Positions 46,140 through 58,823 of a stretch of DNA of 64,000 nucleotides are shown in pieces. Source of the stretch: Octopus vulgaris (taxonomy: Eukaryota). The stretch spans positions 91,202,001 to 91,266,000 of the forward strand of contig OX597818.1 in the NCBI GenBank assembly GCA_951406725.2. The letters run 5' to 3'. Both the position numbers and the translations under genes were made by a program. Positions within the stretch are counted from its first letter, which is position 1. Each line of letters begins with the position of its first letter. A model generated the notes under the pieces. It was given only the letters and a program-made list of their open reading frames with translations. It searched no databases and was not told the origin of the DNA.

Positions 46140-47480
46140 TCGGGGGTGCAGGAAGATTCAGTCTGAAGAAATAGCAGTGGAAACCAGAGTGAGGTAGAAG
46201 GGAAGCCAATGCGAATGTGGAGCTTACAATGCAGCTATGCATAAAAAGTATGGCAGTGAAATGCTCTTACATGAAGGAAGAAAAGAACAAAAGAAACTTA
46301 GGTGAAAGAAAACAATCTGAGTTGAGGAAGACAAGAGAGTTCAGAAAATTAATCATGGTAGAAAACAGTGAAAAAGAAGACGGAAATTAAGAACTCTGTA
46401 GGACTAGAAAAAACTCATTTATAAATTACTCAAATTTGGTGGAAAATGTTTGGAGCAGTTTTATAATGTTGAGGAAATGCTAAAACAAATTTAGCCGGGT
46501 GGGTTATCTGGAGATTAAGAGTAACGTAATAGATGTGTGCGCACGTTTGGAGTGCAAGGCGTGCTTTCATGGAAAAAGAGGAAAGATACCTTTAAATAAT
46601 AAGTCATAAGTAGTAGAAAACCCGAAGGGAATAAGGACGAGAAATGAGTAAAACTCACATGGAAGAGAATTAAGTAAAACCTCTGCGGAGAATAAAGTAT
46701 GAACGTTAGATATGGAAATGTTAGATTCACATGGAGTTAAGGAAAATGGTGAGGTGTAGAGATGGAAACCTCTAAAGAAAACACAGCGAAGGCGGAGAGG
46801 TAGAAGACTGTAGAGATATTTGAGAGTCGCAAATGGAGGAAGAATGTGCGTAAGTGAATGAAAATACGTGTGTGTGTGTGTGAGTGTGCTTAAGTGTGCG
46901 CGTATGTGTGCAGAGGTGTGTATGTGGAGCTAAATTCCTACGCATTGTGAGTCCATGTATATGTTTGTGCGTATAGCCAGAGAAAATGTAGGAACGCGTG
47001 ATAGTGTGTTCGTATGCATGTGTCAAAGAGAGATGTTGTATGAACGGTGATATGTGTTGTGGTTATAAATGTGCGAAGAGTAAATATATGAGGACAGCCA
47101 TGTTCCAACAACATGGTGTATGGGGGTATGTGAGACACATACATGCTTCTGGACGTGTGTGCGCCGGGGGACAAGTTGGTAAAGGAAATCAGGTTTGTAT
47201 ATATATGTGTGTAAGTGATATGAAATTGCAAGTAAGGCGATGTACGGGAAAATGTGTTTATTTGGAAACGGTGTTGGCCTACTGAAGATACGTGTGTAGC
47301 AATGAAGGTAGTGAGGGTGGTATAAACGCAGTGTTGCTAGTGAAGGAAATAGATGAGATGCAGGAAAGGGATGTGGGAAAGATGTTGGATGGAATGGTTG
47401 GAGGATCGGAAATGTCTTCAGGTATTTAACCCAAGTTGGATGTCTCTGAGTTGCTCAACGAAGCTCAGAACCATTTAACG
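46140..47480 (-). mobile_element. Possible very old Penelope-like relic
   Basis: Weak minus-strand remnants FVEQLRDIQLG..RHFRSSNHS (GIY-YIG C-terminal-like) and PDNP.G..SISS (RT N-terminal-like). Confidence 0.3.
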
Positions 47481-47698
47481 GCTAGTTTGCTCTTTTTGGA
47501 TACACTTATAGAGAAAACATTGGAGAACAAATACAAGACTACTGGAAGTAGAGCGAAGAATATTTTCATTGTTTCAATCTAATATTTCCCTCTATTTCTC
47601 AGAAGAATGGCTATTGTTCGATACGTTAAGACACCCTTTATTTTGAGCGCTGGTTAAAACTTGTCCTACTTGTGTTGCCTTATTTCAGTTATTGCTAC

Positions 47699-47760
<62 letters not shown>

Positions 47761-47921
47761 AACACACAAACATTTGAGTGTATATATTTCTTGGACTGCT
47801 GAATAAACTATTAATAGTTACGAAGTTAAAAATTATCTTTTAGCTGATCTCCGAGTTAGTAGCCTTGCTATCCATTGTGGATATGCATAGTCTTGTTTTT
47901 ACGGACATCGGAATACATGTT

Positions 47922-47954
<33 letters not shown>

Positions 47955-48769
47955 CTGTTTGAAAAAGGTATTTATTCATGCTTTATTTTTACGTTGAGAA
48001 AAGTCTTAGTGATTATAATTTTCCATTCAGTAGAGAAGAAATATAACTTGTAGCCATGAATACTCAACGGGAACTAGAAAAATATTAGGTAATTGTATGA
48101 AAAAGCAGACACTTTTATAGAAAGAATATAAATACGAACAAATTAGCGAAGGACTTATGAATATGAATAAACAGAAAAAAGAAATTGGATAGATGTAGAT
48201 AAAAATTAAGAAAGTAAAAGGAGTCTACAGGAAAACAGAAATGATAAGGAAAAGATGCCAGAAATTACGCACAAACTAAAAAAAAAAAGAAAAAAGAAAA
48301 CTAATTGTTGAAAAGCCCAACGGCTCAGTCAGTTTTTATAAGAGATCTCAACAATATATACAAATGAAGTATTTACTGCGAACGAAAAATATAGCAGGAA
48401 CTAAATTGAAATATTTTGGGCATACATATGTGAGAAAGAAAATATTTTCGATTGAGATGCTTATTGGTTACTCCACTTAGAAAACTGAGTTTGCTGTTGG
48501 CTGATAACATATAAAAATAACAAAAGAGAATTATGTTTCAGAGTAATCTGGATAATCTTAGGTTTCGAAAATGACTTGTGTTTTTTTCTTTTAATACATA
48601 TGATAACAACACGTTATAATTCAGTTTAACGGAAAATATATTAAAAGTAACAAATATCATAACATGGTGTCCTCAGTGTTTAGTGTATTGAAAACAGGAT
48701 GCATGTCACCGAAAATTCTGAAAACTCTGTAAACCTTCGGAATAAAATAAAGTAGAGAGAAAGACAGAC

Positions 48770-48852
<83 letters not shown>

Positions 48853-48909
48853 GATGTAGAGAGAGAGAGACGGGGTGAGAAAGGGATGGAGAGAGAAAGA
48901 AAAAGAAAG

Positions 48910-48972
<63 letters not shown>

Positions 48973-49489
48973 CTGTTGCTGGTAATGTGACTAGAAGGAT
49001 ATAAAGTAAAGAATCGGTTGATGTAAGGATAAGTTTCCGATAGATAAAAGATTCGGAATTACTAACTTCGAGTCTGAGACGCAAACGATCATAAAATTCT
49101 TAAAATCTTCACAATTGCGGTAAAATATGTTAAAATTCTTTCGCCAATTAATTTAGAATCATAACACTAAGTTACTTATCATATTACGATATATATTAAA
49201 GCAAAGGTGGTGAGCTAGCAGAGCCTCCTGCCCACCGGGTAAATAGCTTAGCAGTATTTCTCTCCTTCTTTAGGTCCTCTGTTCAAATATTGTCAAGGTC
49301 GAGTTTGCTTTTGGTCTTTCGAAGTAAAAAAATAAGTACACGTTGAATACTGGGATGGAAGTAATCGACTAGCCTCTCCTTGAAACCGCTGGCCTTGTAC
49401 AAAAATTTGAAACCAATACATATGTTGTGATAGCGAAATGAAAGAATTGTTACAGTTGCTGGACCAAATATTTATCGGTATTTTTTTAG

Positions 49490-49795
49490 TGTGGAGGCAC
49501 ATGGCCTAGTGGTTAGAGCAGCGGACTCTCGGTCGAGAGATCACGGGTTCGTATCTCAGATCAGGCAATGTGTGTGTTTATGAGCGAAACACCTAAGTTC
49601 CCCACGGCTAGGGCAGAAGGTAATGACGAACTTCTGGTGACTCTTTCTCCACAACATTCTCCCACGCTTTCCTCCTGCATCCTGCTGCTCACCTGCGACG
49701 GACCGGCGTCCCCATCCAGGTGGGTGACCTATACACCATGGAAACCAGGAAACCGGCCCTAAGGAGCCAGGCATGGCTCCAGAAGGAACAAACAT
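49490..49795 (+). mobile_element. SINE family C variant (tRNA-Arg-like head)
   Basis: A box TGGCCTAGTGG and B box GGTTCGTATC; an inverted copy lies at 50171-50463. Confidence 0.85.
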
Positions 49796-49899
49796 TTTTT
49801 TTGAGTCGAGGTCGATGTCGATGCAAAAAGCAAGTAAAACAGCAAAGTAATATATTTGCTTGACTAATTATTGTTATCATCATCATCATCATCATTTAC

Positions 49900-50110
49900 G
49901 GCGACGAGCTGACAGAAAAGTTAGCACACCGGGCGAAATACTTAATTGTATTTCTTCTGTATATACGTTCTGAGTTCAAATTGTACCGAGGTTGATTTTA
50001 CCTTTCATCCTTTCGAGGTCGGTAAATTAAGTACCAATTGTGTACTCGAGTCGATCTAATCGACTGGCGCCCTCCCATGAAATTTCTGGCCTTGTGTCTA
50101 GAGTAGAAAA
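49900..50110 (+). mobile_element. SINE family A
   Basis: GGCGACGAGCTGACAGAA head and CCTTTCATCCTTTCGAGGTCG central domain. Confidence 0.8.
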
Positions 50111-50170
50111 GGATATATTTGCTTCCGTAAAACACTCTTTATTCACCTTTCTATAGTAATCGACGTATTT

Positions 50171-50463
50171 GTTCCTTCTCGGGTCATGCCTGGCTCATTA
50201 GGGCCGGTTTCCCAGATTCCTTGGCATGTAGGTTCCCCACCTACACGCCAGTCCGTCGCAGGTGAGCTAAAAGATGCAGGAGGAAAGAGTGAGAGAATGT
50301 TGTGGCGAAAGAGTAAGCAGAAGTTCGCCATTACCATCTACAGGAGCCGCGTGGAGCTTAATTGTTTCGCTCATAAACACACACAACGCTTGGTCTGAGA
50401 TTCGAACCCATGATCCCACGACCGCGAGTCCGCTGCTCTAACCACTAGGCCATGTGCTTCCAC
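50171..50463 (-). mobile_element. SINE family C variant, inverted relative to 49490-49795
   Basis: Reverse-complement match along its length; probable TSD GACGTATTT at 50162-50170 and 50468-50476. Confidence 0.85.
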
Positions 50464-50819
50464 AACTGACGTATTTAATATATTGTAAATAGTGTTCAAT
50501 AGACAGCAGGTACGTTCATTGCATCACACGACGTTTTATCATTTGAAAATGGTTTGCTATTGCACTGGTCTAGCATCGGACATAAGTTGCTGGTCGTGTT
50601 AGTGAATGCTATGCACAAACAGATCTTCCATATTATACTGCGTTTTCTCCTAGTCGAGGTCATCAATATTAGATCGGAATTTGTTAGATATATTGTGTAA
50701 ATTCTAACATTTTCTTGTAATTAACCAACTCTATAGTTAATTTTGCAGTCGTCAGGGTTAATGTATGAAATATTGGTATCAGCGAAATATTGGTATCGAA
50801 GTTTGGCACTAGAGCACTA

Positions 50820-53800
50820 ATTTTCGGCAATCTCCGGTAATTTCCGGCAATTTCCGGTTAACTCCGGGAACTTCCGGCAAACTCCGGCAAATTCCGGCAA
50901 ATTGCGACCAATTCCGCGTAATTTCCGGATATTTCCGGTAATTTAAGGCAAACTCCGGCAAATTACTGCAATCTCCGGCGATTTCGGGTAAATCCCGGTA
51001 AATTCCGGCAAATTGCGCTAAAGTCCGGCAAATTCAGGTAATCTTCGGCAATTTTTCAATAATTTTAGGGAAAAAGTTTCAAAATGTTTCGGGGAAAATT
51101 TTCAATAATTTTCGGGAAAATTTTCAAAGATTTTTAGGGAAATTTTCAAAAAGTTTTGGGAAAAATTTTGAAAAATTTTTAGAGGAAAATTTTCAAAAAT
51201 CTTTGGGAAAAATTTTGAAAAGTTTTGGGGGAAAATTTTGAAAAATTGTTGGGAAAAAGTTTGAAGAATTTTGGGGGAAAATTTTCAAAAACACTTAGGA
51301 AAATTTTCAAAAATTTGGAGGCAATCTTCGGATATCTCCGGCTATCTCCGAAAATCTTCGACAATTTCCTGTAATTCCTGGCTATTTCGGGCAATTTCCG
51401 GTAATTTCCGGCCGTCTCCGGCAATTTCAGGTAATTTTCGGAAATCCCCGGTAATTTCCGGTAATCTCCGGCAAATATGAAAAAAAAATTTTTAATTTTT
51501 GGGAAATTCTGAAAAATTTTCAAACATTCTTGGGAAAAATTCTGAAAAAATTTTGGGAAAAATTTTCAAAAATTTTTAGGTAAAATTTTTAAAAACTTTT
51601 GCGAAAGACTTGTGAAGAATTTTTGGGAAAAATTTTCAAAATTTCTTGGGGAAAATTTTCAAAAAGATTTGGGAAAAATTTTCAAAAGTTTTTGGGCAAA
51701 ATTTTCAAAAACTTTTGCAAAAAATTTTCGAAAATTTTTGGGCAAACTTTTGAAATATTTTTGAGAAAAATTTTCAAGAATTTGGGAAAAAAAATTTCAA
51801 AAATTCTTGGGAAAGATTTTGAAAAATTTTAGAAAAAACTTTCCAAAATTTTAAGGGAAAATTTTCATGAATTTTGGGAAATAACTTTTGGGGAAAAATT
51901 CTGGAAAAGTTTTACAAAAATTTTCAAAAATTCTTTGGAAAAATTTTGAAAAATTCTTGGAAAAAATTTTGAAAAATTTTGGGATAAATTTTCAAAGAAT
52001 TTTGGAAAAATTTTGGAAAAGTTTCGGGAAAAATTTTCAAAACTTTTTGGGAAAAATTTTCAAAATTCTTTGGAAAAATTTTCAATACTTGGGGAAAATT
52101 TTAAAAAATTTTTCTGAAAAATTTTCAAATGTTTTTGAGAAAAATTTTCAAAAATATTTGGGGAAAATTTTAAAAAATTTCGGGGGTAAAATTTTGAAAA
52201 CTTTCGGGGGTAAAATTTTAAAAAATTTCGAGGGTAAAATTTTAAAAAATTTCGGGGGGAAAATTTTGAAAAATTTTTGGGAAGCATTTTAGAAACTCTT
52301 TGGGAAGAATTCTCAAAAATTTTTGAGAAAAATTCTCCAAAATTTTGGGGAAAAATTTCGTTGGGAAGGATATTCAAAAATTTCTGTGGAAAAATTTTGA
52401 AAAATTTTTGGGAAGCATTTTGAAAAATCTTTGGGAAAAATTCTCATAAATTTTTGAGAAAAATTCTGAAAAATTTTTGGGAAAAATGTTGAAAAATTTT
52501 GGTATAAATTTTCAATAATTTTGGACAAAATTTTCAAATATTTTTAGGGAATTGCCTCCAAAATTTTTGGGGAAAATTTTTGAAAAATTTCAAAATTTTC
52601 CCTAACAATTTTTGAAAATTTACCCCCATAATTTTTGAAAATTTTTCCAAACAATTCTTGAAAATTTTTCCGAAAAATTTTTCAAAATTTACCCCAAAAA
52701 TTTTGCAGGCAATCTCCGGATATCATCGGCTATTTTCGTCAATCTCCGGTAATTTCCGACAATTTCCAGCAATCATCGACAATTTCCGGCAATATCCGAC
52801 AAACTTAGGCAATCTCCGTCAATTTCTGGTAATTTCCGACAATTTCCGCTAATTTCCGGTAATCTCCGGCAGCTTCCGTCAATCTCCGGCAAATTCCTGT
52901 AATTTCCGGTAAATTCCGGCAAATTGCGCTAAATTCCGGCAAATTCTGTTAATCTCCGACAACTTATCACTAATTTTGGGGAAAAAGTTTTTAAAATTTT
53001 GTGGGAAAATTTTCAAGATTTTATGGGGAAAGTTTTCAAAAATTTGTAGGGAAAATTTTTGAAAATTTTCTAGAAAAATTTTGAAAAAATTTTGGAAAAA
53101 TTTTGAAAAATTTTCTGGAAAAATTTTGTAAAATTTTTGGGGAAGATTTTGAAAAATTTTTGGGACAAATTTTAAAAAACTCTTAGGAAAAGTTTCAAAA
53201 ATTTTGGAGGCAATCTCCGTATATCTCCGGCTACGGCCATTTCCGGTAATTTCCGACAATTTTTCAATAATTTGGGGGAAAAAGTTTCAAAAATTTCTGG
53301 AGAAAATTTTCAATAATTTTTCGGGAAAAATTTTGTAAAATTTTTGGGGAAGATTTTGAAAAATTTTTGGGACAAATTTAAAAAAACTCTTGGGAAAATT
53401 TTCAAAAATTTTGGAAGCAATATCCGGATATCTCCGGCTACGGCCATTTCCGGTAACTTCCGGCAATTTTTCAATAATTTTGGGGAAATAGTTTCAAAAA
53501 TTTCTGGAGAAAATTTTCAATAATATTTGTGGAAAATTTTCAAGAACTTTTCGGGAAAATTTTCAAAAATTTCTGGGAAAAAGTTTCAAAAATTTTTGGT
53601 GAAAATTTTGGAAAAGTTTTGGGAAAAATTTTAAAGAATTTTGGAAGCGATCTCCGGATATCTCTGGCTATCTCCGGCAATCTTTGGCCATTTCCGGTAA
53701 TTTCTGGCTATTTCCGGCTATTTCCGGCAACTTCCGGAAATTTCCGGAAATTTCTGGTAATTTGCGTCAATCTCCGGGAATCTCCGGCAATTTTTCAATA

Positions 53801-53942
53801 ATTTTTGGGAAAAATTTTCATAAATTTTCGGAGAAACTTTTCAAGAATTTATGGGAAAAATTTTAAAAAATTTTTGGGCAAAATTTTGAAGAATTTTTGG
53901 GTATAATTTTCAAAAATTTTTGGAAAAAATTTTCGAAAATTG
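50820..53942. repeat. 3.1-kb composite satellite: ~10-bp TTCCGGCAAT blocks alternating with ~10-11-bp GAAAAATTTT/CAAAAATTTT blocks
   Basis: Visible directly; higher-order duplications (~209-bp period at 53120 and 53329; 51001 resembles 52912) and a short inverted segment at ~52590-52705. Confidence 0.92.
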
Positions 53943-54123
53943 CTAACCTTTCTGCCATTCGCCGCCTTAACTCGACCAGATATTGGGGAGTAATACTCGT
54001 TTGCTATAATCTTCGTTAGAAAGTATCATTGCATCGTAGTTTTGGACTAATGGTGCTACTGAATATGAATGGTATAAGATTTTGTGTTTGTTTGTGTGTA
54101 TGTATATATATATATATATATAA

Positions 54124-54158
<35 letters not shown>

Positions 54159-54274
54159 CGAATGTGTATGTCTATACATACGTGCTATCTCCAACCATCG
54201 CACTCCCTCCTATATTACTGTAACGAGCAGATGTCTTCTTACATTTAAGATGATATAGTAGCTTTCTGAATTCG

Positions 54275-54352
<78 letters not shown>

Positions 54353-55677
54353 GTAATTATCATTATTATTATTATTATTATTATTATAATTATTATTATT
54401 ATTATTATTGTTGTTTTTGTTGTTGTTATTATTATCATTATTATTAATAGTATTATCATTAATACGGTGAAAGAGAGAGCGAGAGTGTGTGTGTGAGAGC
54501 ATGTGTGTGTATGTGTGTGTGTGTGTACGTGCGTGTGTGTGTTCGTGCGTGTGTGTATAAATGTGAATATCTGGTTGTGCGTATAAGTTTTTTGAAGCGG
54601 TTGTGTGCTTTGCAGGATGTGCTGAAACAATAAAAATGAGTGTGATGTTACACGTTAAAAATAGCTGCAGCAACATATCATTCGTATCTCCATGTAGACA
54701 GATGACAGCCGTCTGGCAAGATAATGACACATGTAAACACCATTTATACTGATATGACTCAACCAAAAATTGATAAATAATCTCATTCTCTCAGTGAAGG
54801 CTAGTTTATAGCGTTTTTAAAACAGCAGCTAACACATTCTGTAATAAACGAGTTGTTAAATGGATAACCATGCCTGATTGTCTGGAATTATGAGCGAGCT
54901 GTTTCTAAACCTAGTTACAAGCTGGTGGGCGCCAAATAATTAATTATTTCACTGAGTATTTAGATTTACTTTAGCTATTTTGCAGATTATTAGGTAATAC
55001 ATTTTGTAATGAATTGATGAATGCCGAAAATCAGACATTAACTGTATCAAGTAACTCACAAAAATTGAAACCCAATGTCAGATGCATAAAGTATATAACT
55101 ATTGTGCACCTAAGTTATCAGATATCGGTTGGATGTTTTTGACTTTTAATTCCGCCATAAAAGTGTTGTGTACTGTTTCAATAAGTGTTTTATTTGGTAA
55201 TATTTAGAAATAGAGATGTAAGTTAATAAAAACTGATATGTCGTATCAAGTATTAGATACTTAATTCTAGGTTTCTTTTACATAACGAATGCATATCTTG
55301 CGTAGTTCTGTTCACAGCTTTTGGAAAATATAGTTAGTTGCATCATGCAGACTTTGTCACAATACATTATGAAATCAGAAATGTCAAGATATATTACTAA
55401 TACTCAAATTATATGTATGTACACACACACACACACGCGCGCGCATGTACACAGGCTTATGCGTGGCTGTTTGGTAAGAAGCTTACTTCTCAAACACATG
55501 GTTCCGGGTTCAGTCCCACTGTCTTGCACTTTGGGCAAGTGTTTTTTGCAAGTGGACGGAAACTGAGAAAAGCCCGTTTTGTATATACATATTAATCAAT
55601 ATAAGGGTAGCAAAAAATTCAATAGAAATTTTTTTCGCCACCAGCGGTCCAGTGAGAAAGAGAAAATAGTCATAGAC

Positions 55678-56170
55678 TATATATATATAAATTCAACAAT
55701 ATAAAGGAATGGCCCTGGTAGGCCATTCGTCTCACCAGAAAGAGCAGCCATACTCAAACCGCTAAATGGTAGTAATTCAGAAATCAAAGGAAAATCAAAA
55801 ACATTTACCTTAATCATACTTGGACAATGCATTGTTTCGACGTAATTTATGGCAAACCAGCCTAATTAAATAAAATTAAATTTAATCAAGTCAATCTACC
55901 ACTGGCTCGTCTCATCGGCAAGGAAGTCAGGAGGAATAAATATTCCTTGCCGATGAGACGAGCCAGTGGTAGATTGACTTGATTAAATTTAATTTAATTT
56001 AATTAGGCTGGTTTGCCATAAAGTACGTCGAAACAATGCATTGTCCAAGGATGATTAAGTAAATGTTTTTGATTTTCCTTTGATTTCTGAATTACTACTA
56101 TTTAGCGGTTTGAGTATGGCTGCTCTGGTGAGACGAATGGCCTACCAGGGCCATCCCTTTATATTGTTGA

Positions 56171-56186
<16 letters not shown>
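55678..56186. repeat. Near-perfect inverted repeat (~245-bp arms, 17-nt spacer) between (TA)n tracts; probable Penelope pseudo-LTR-type remnant
   Basis: 55678-55925 is the reverse complement of 55943-56186 with only a few substitutions and indels; spacer 55926-55942. Confidence 0.93.
55944..56051 (+). ncRNA. Putative type I hammerhead ribozyme (U4C core variant, extended stem II)
   Basis: Stem I TCCTTG/CAAGGA; core CCGATGA; stem II GACG/CGTC; GAAA; palindromic stem III ACAATGCATTGT; GUC triplet (cut predicted after 56045). A mirror copy lies on the - strand at ~55818-55924. Confidence 0.65.
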
Positions 56187-56210
<24 letters not shown>

Positions 56211-56371
56211 GTGTGTGTGTGAAGTGTGAATACTGCAATAGAGCAAAAATATGTTCCAGGCGTTATTAGAGAACAAAAGATCGATTCCTAAGTGAAATAT
56301 CTTGAATTAACAGCAAATATCTTTCAATGTTGTTGTTGTTATTATTATTATTATTATCATTATTATCATTT

Positions 56372-56446
56372 AGGTCCCTGCCTGGAATCGAACTCGGAAT
56401 CTTTGGTTTAGTAGCCCGCGTTTTTAACCACTACGCCATATGCCCG
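56372..56446 (-). mobile_element. tRNA-like SINE head / tRNA-derived pseudogene
   Basis: Minus strand GGGCATATGGCGTAGTGGTTAA...GAGTTCGATTCC has A and B boxes, but the acceptor and anticodon stems do not pair. Confidence 0.55.
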
Positions 56447-57210
56447 TGAGCATAATGATAATAATATCGAATAAAAAAAAAAAGGAATGAGAACCCAGGT
56501 TCGAAATGTCCCCAAGACACCTAGTAAAGGGTGGAAAGTATATAAGCCGAAACGTTGTGCTCACATCAAACAAAATGAGGACAAATATCCGTCAAATGTA
56601 AATAATGTAAATATTACTTCTGGTTAAATATAAATTTTTGGGACATTGCTTCAATTTCAAAATCGTTATCATCATTCCAATTAACAGTAGGACAGTGATA
56701 TTATTGAATCGATAAAAATTATATTTGACATTCATTATTTATATATAATTAACATCTAAAACCTACCGTTGCGGACTTTACATCAAGCTGGAGTATACTA
56801 CTACGTCTACAACTTCATCAGGAGCAATGTTGAATTATGTCTTTTCAATGCTTTAACGATACACATAATGAACGTATCTATGTAATGACCTATGTTTACA
56901 ATTATATATAAGGTGTTAACGTGCCGGAGAAAATGCTTAGTAACATTCGTTACGGCCTCAGGCTGTGAGTTCAAATGCTGCTGAGGTCCACTCTGCTTGT
57001 CATCCTTTCGGAAACAATAATATAAGTACCAGTTGAGAATTAGCGTCAATTTCATAAACCTACCCCTATCCCTAAAATTATTGGCCTTGTGTCAAAATTT
57101 GATATCATCTTTATTACTGCCATTAAAACTGCTTTTGTTGCTGTAGCTTCAGCACTCCTACTATTGTTAATTGTAATTCTTCCTGTGATGATGGCGACGG
57201 TCATATTTGC

Positions 57211-57261
<51 letters not shown>

Positions 57262-58647
57262 GACAATAAACCGAAATTACACAAGTAAAATAACAAATCA
57301 CCGTAAGAAACAATTAGGAAAAAATAAAAATTTTTTATACGTACACATATATACACATAGATGTGTGTGTTTGTGCTTATATATGTATATCAAGAGAGAA
57401 AGAGTGGGGAGGAAAAGCGCAGAGGCATAACAAATAGAGGATAAACTCATACCAACAAAATTCTATAAATAGAAATATAAAGCAAACAGAAAGAAACAAG
57501 AAAAAAACTCATCAAAAATAACAAATAATGAACTAACGGTAGCAGCGGGTGGGGGGAATGACACAGTAGAAGTCTCTAGTTTCGGAATGACAAACAATAC
57601 AAGCGGAGTGCAAAAGAGGAAAAACAACAAAATCAATAACAATGCCTAGTGTTCAAAAAATAGTAAAGACAAAAAAATACATATGAAGAAACCACTGAAA
57701 AATTAAACCCAAGCCTAAACCAGTGAAATAACATATTGAAAAGGAAAATAAAAAAATAAATAAAAATGAAAGTAAAACTAAAGAAGCACTGGAAAATTAA
57801 ATAATTATGATATTTTAATGGTTCTTTATTCAAGAAAAAAATATTCTAAAGCAAAGAAGACTTTGAAAACATTATTTAGATTTCGTTTTGATTTATTTTT
57901 TGTACTTTGTAATGATTAGATGATTTTTTTTTTTAGTTCATTCTCATCAGATATGTATTGGTTCGTGCGAAGCAAATGATGTTAAAATATATTTCACTGT
58001 GAAATACACTGGAGTCTTTAGACAACGGCCTTATATTATGTTTTCGTTCTGCTGTTGTTTGATCTCAGAGATTTTCCAGCCATGACCATCGCATCATATT
58101 TTCAAATAATATGTCGCCTAATTTCTATGAAAATTGGGTTGAATTTGAAGAGATTTTAGCAACTATTCCTTGCTGGTCAAGCAAGAACGCAGAGACATTA
58201 TCGGAGGTACCACTGTCGTATATATTTATACGTCAAAAATGAATACAGTGTTGAGAGTATTTAAATTATGTTATTTAGAGCAATTTTTCTCCAGCCAAGT
58301 TCCTCTGAGACAACATTGAATACTTGTACAGTGTGGGGACGGCCATAATCATGAGGAAGAAATGATCCCTTCCTTAAGGGTGGGTGGTTTTTCGTTCCTT
58401 TCGACTTTGTTAGCCAAAAGTTTGACTCGGATCATATTAGCGGAAAAACCATGATGCACACATGCATGTACACATACGCACATTCACACACTTACACACT
58501 CACGCGCATATTCACTCTCACACAAACACGCGCATAGATAGGACATATAATGTATAGAACCACAGGTACACTGACACAGAGGAGATACACACACACACAT
58601 ATATATATATCCCTTCACATATATATGAATATACAGATAGGTATATT

Positions 58648-58683
<36 letters not shown>

Positions 58684-58697
58684 CATATATATATATT

Positions 58698-58793
<96 letters not shown>

Positions 58794-58823
58794 CATATAT
58801 ATATATATATATATACATATATA

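Noticed and set aside
49490-49565. Functional tRNA-Arg gene
   Set aside because: The acceptor stem does not pair and the sequence continues into a SINE body shared with other copies.
51179-53866. Lys/Phe/Asn-rich amphipathic-looking ORFs, or a CRISPR-like array
   Set aside because: Products of the 10-11-bp satellite on both strands; no constant repeat with unique spacers, and the context is eukaryotic.
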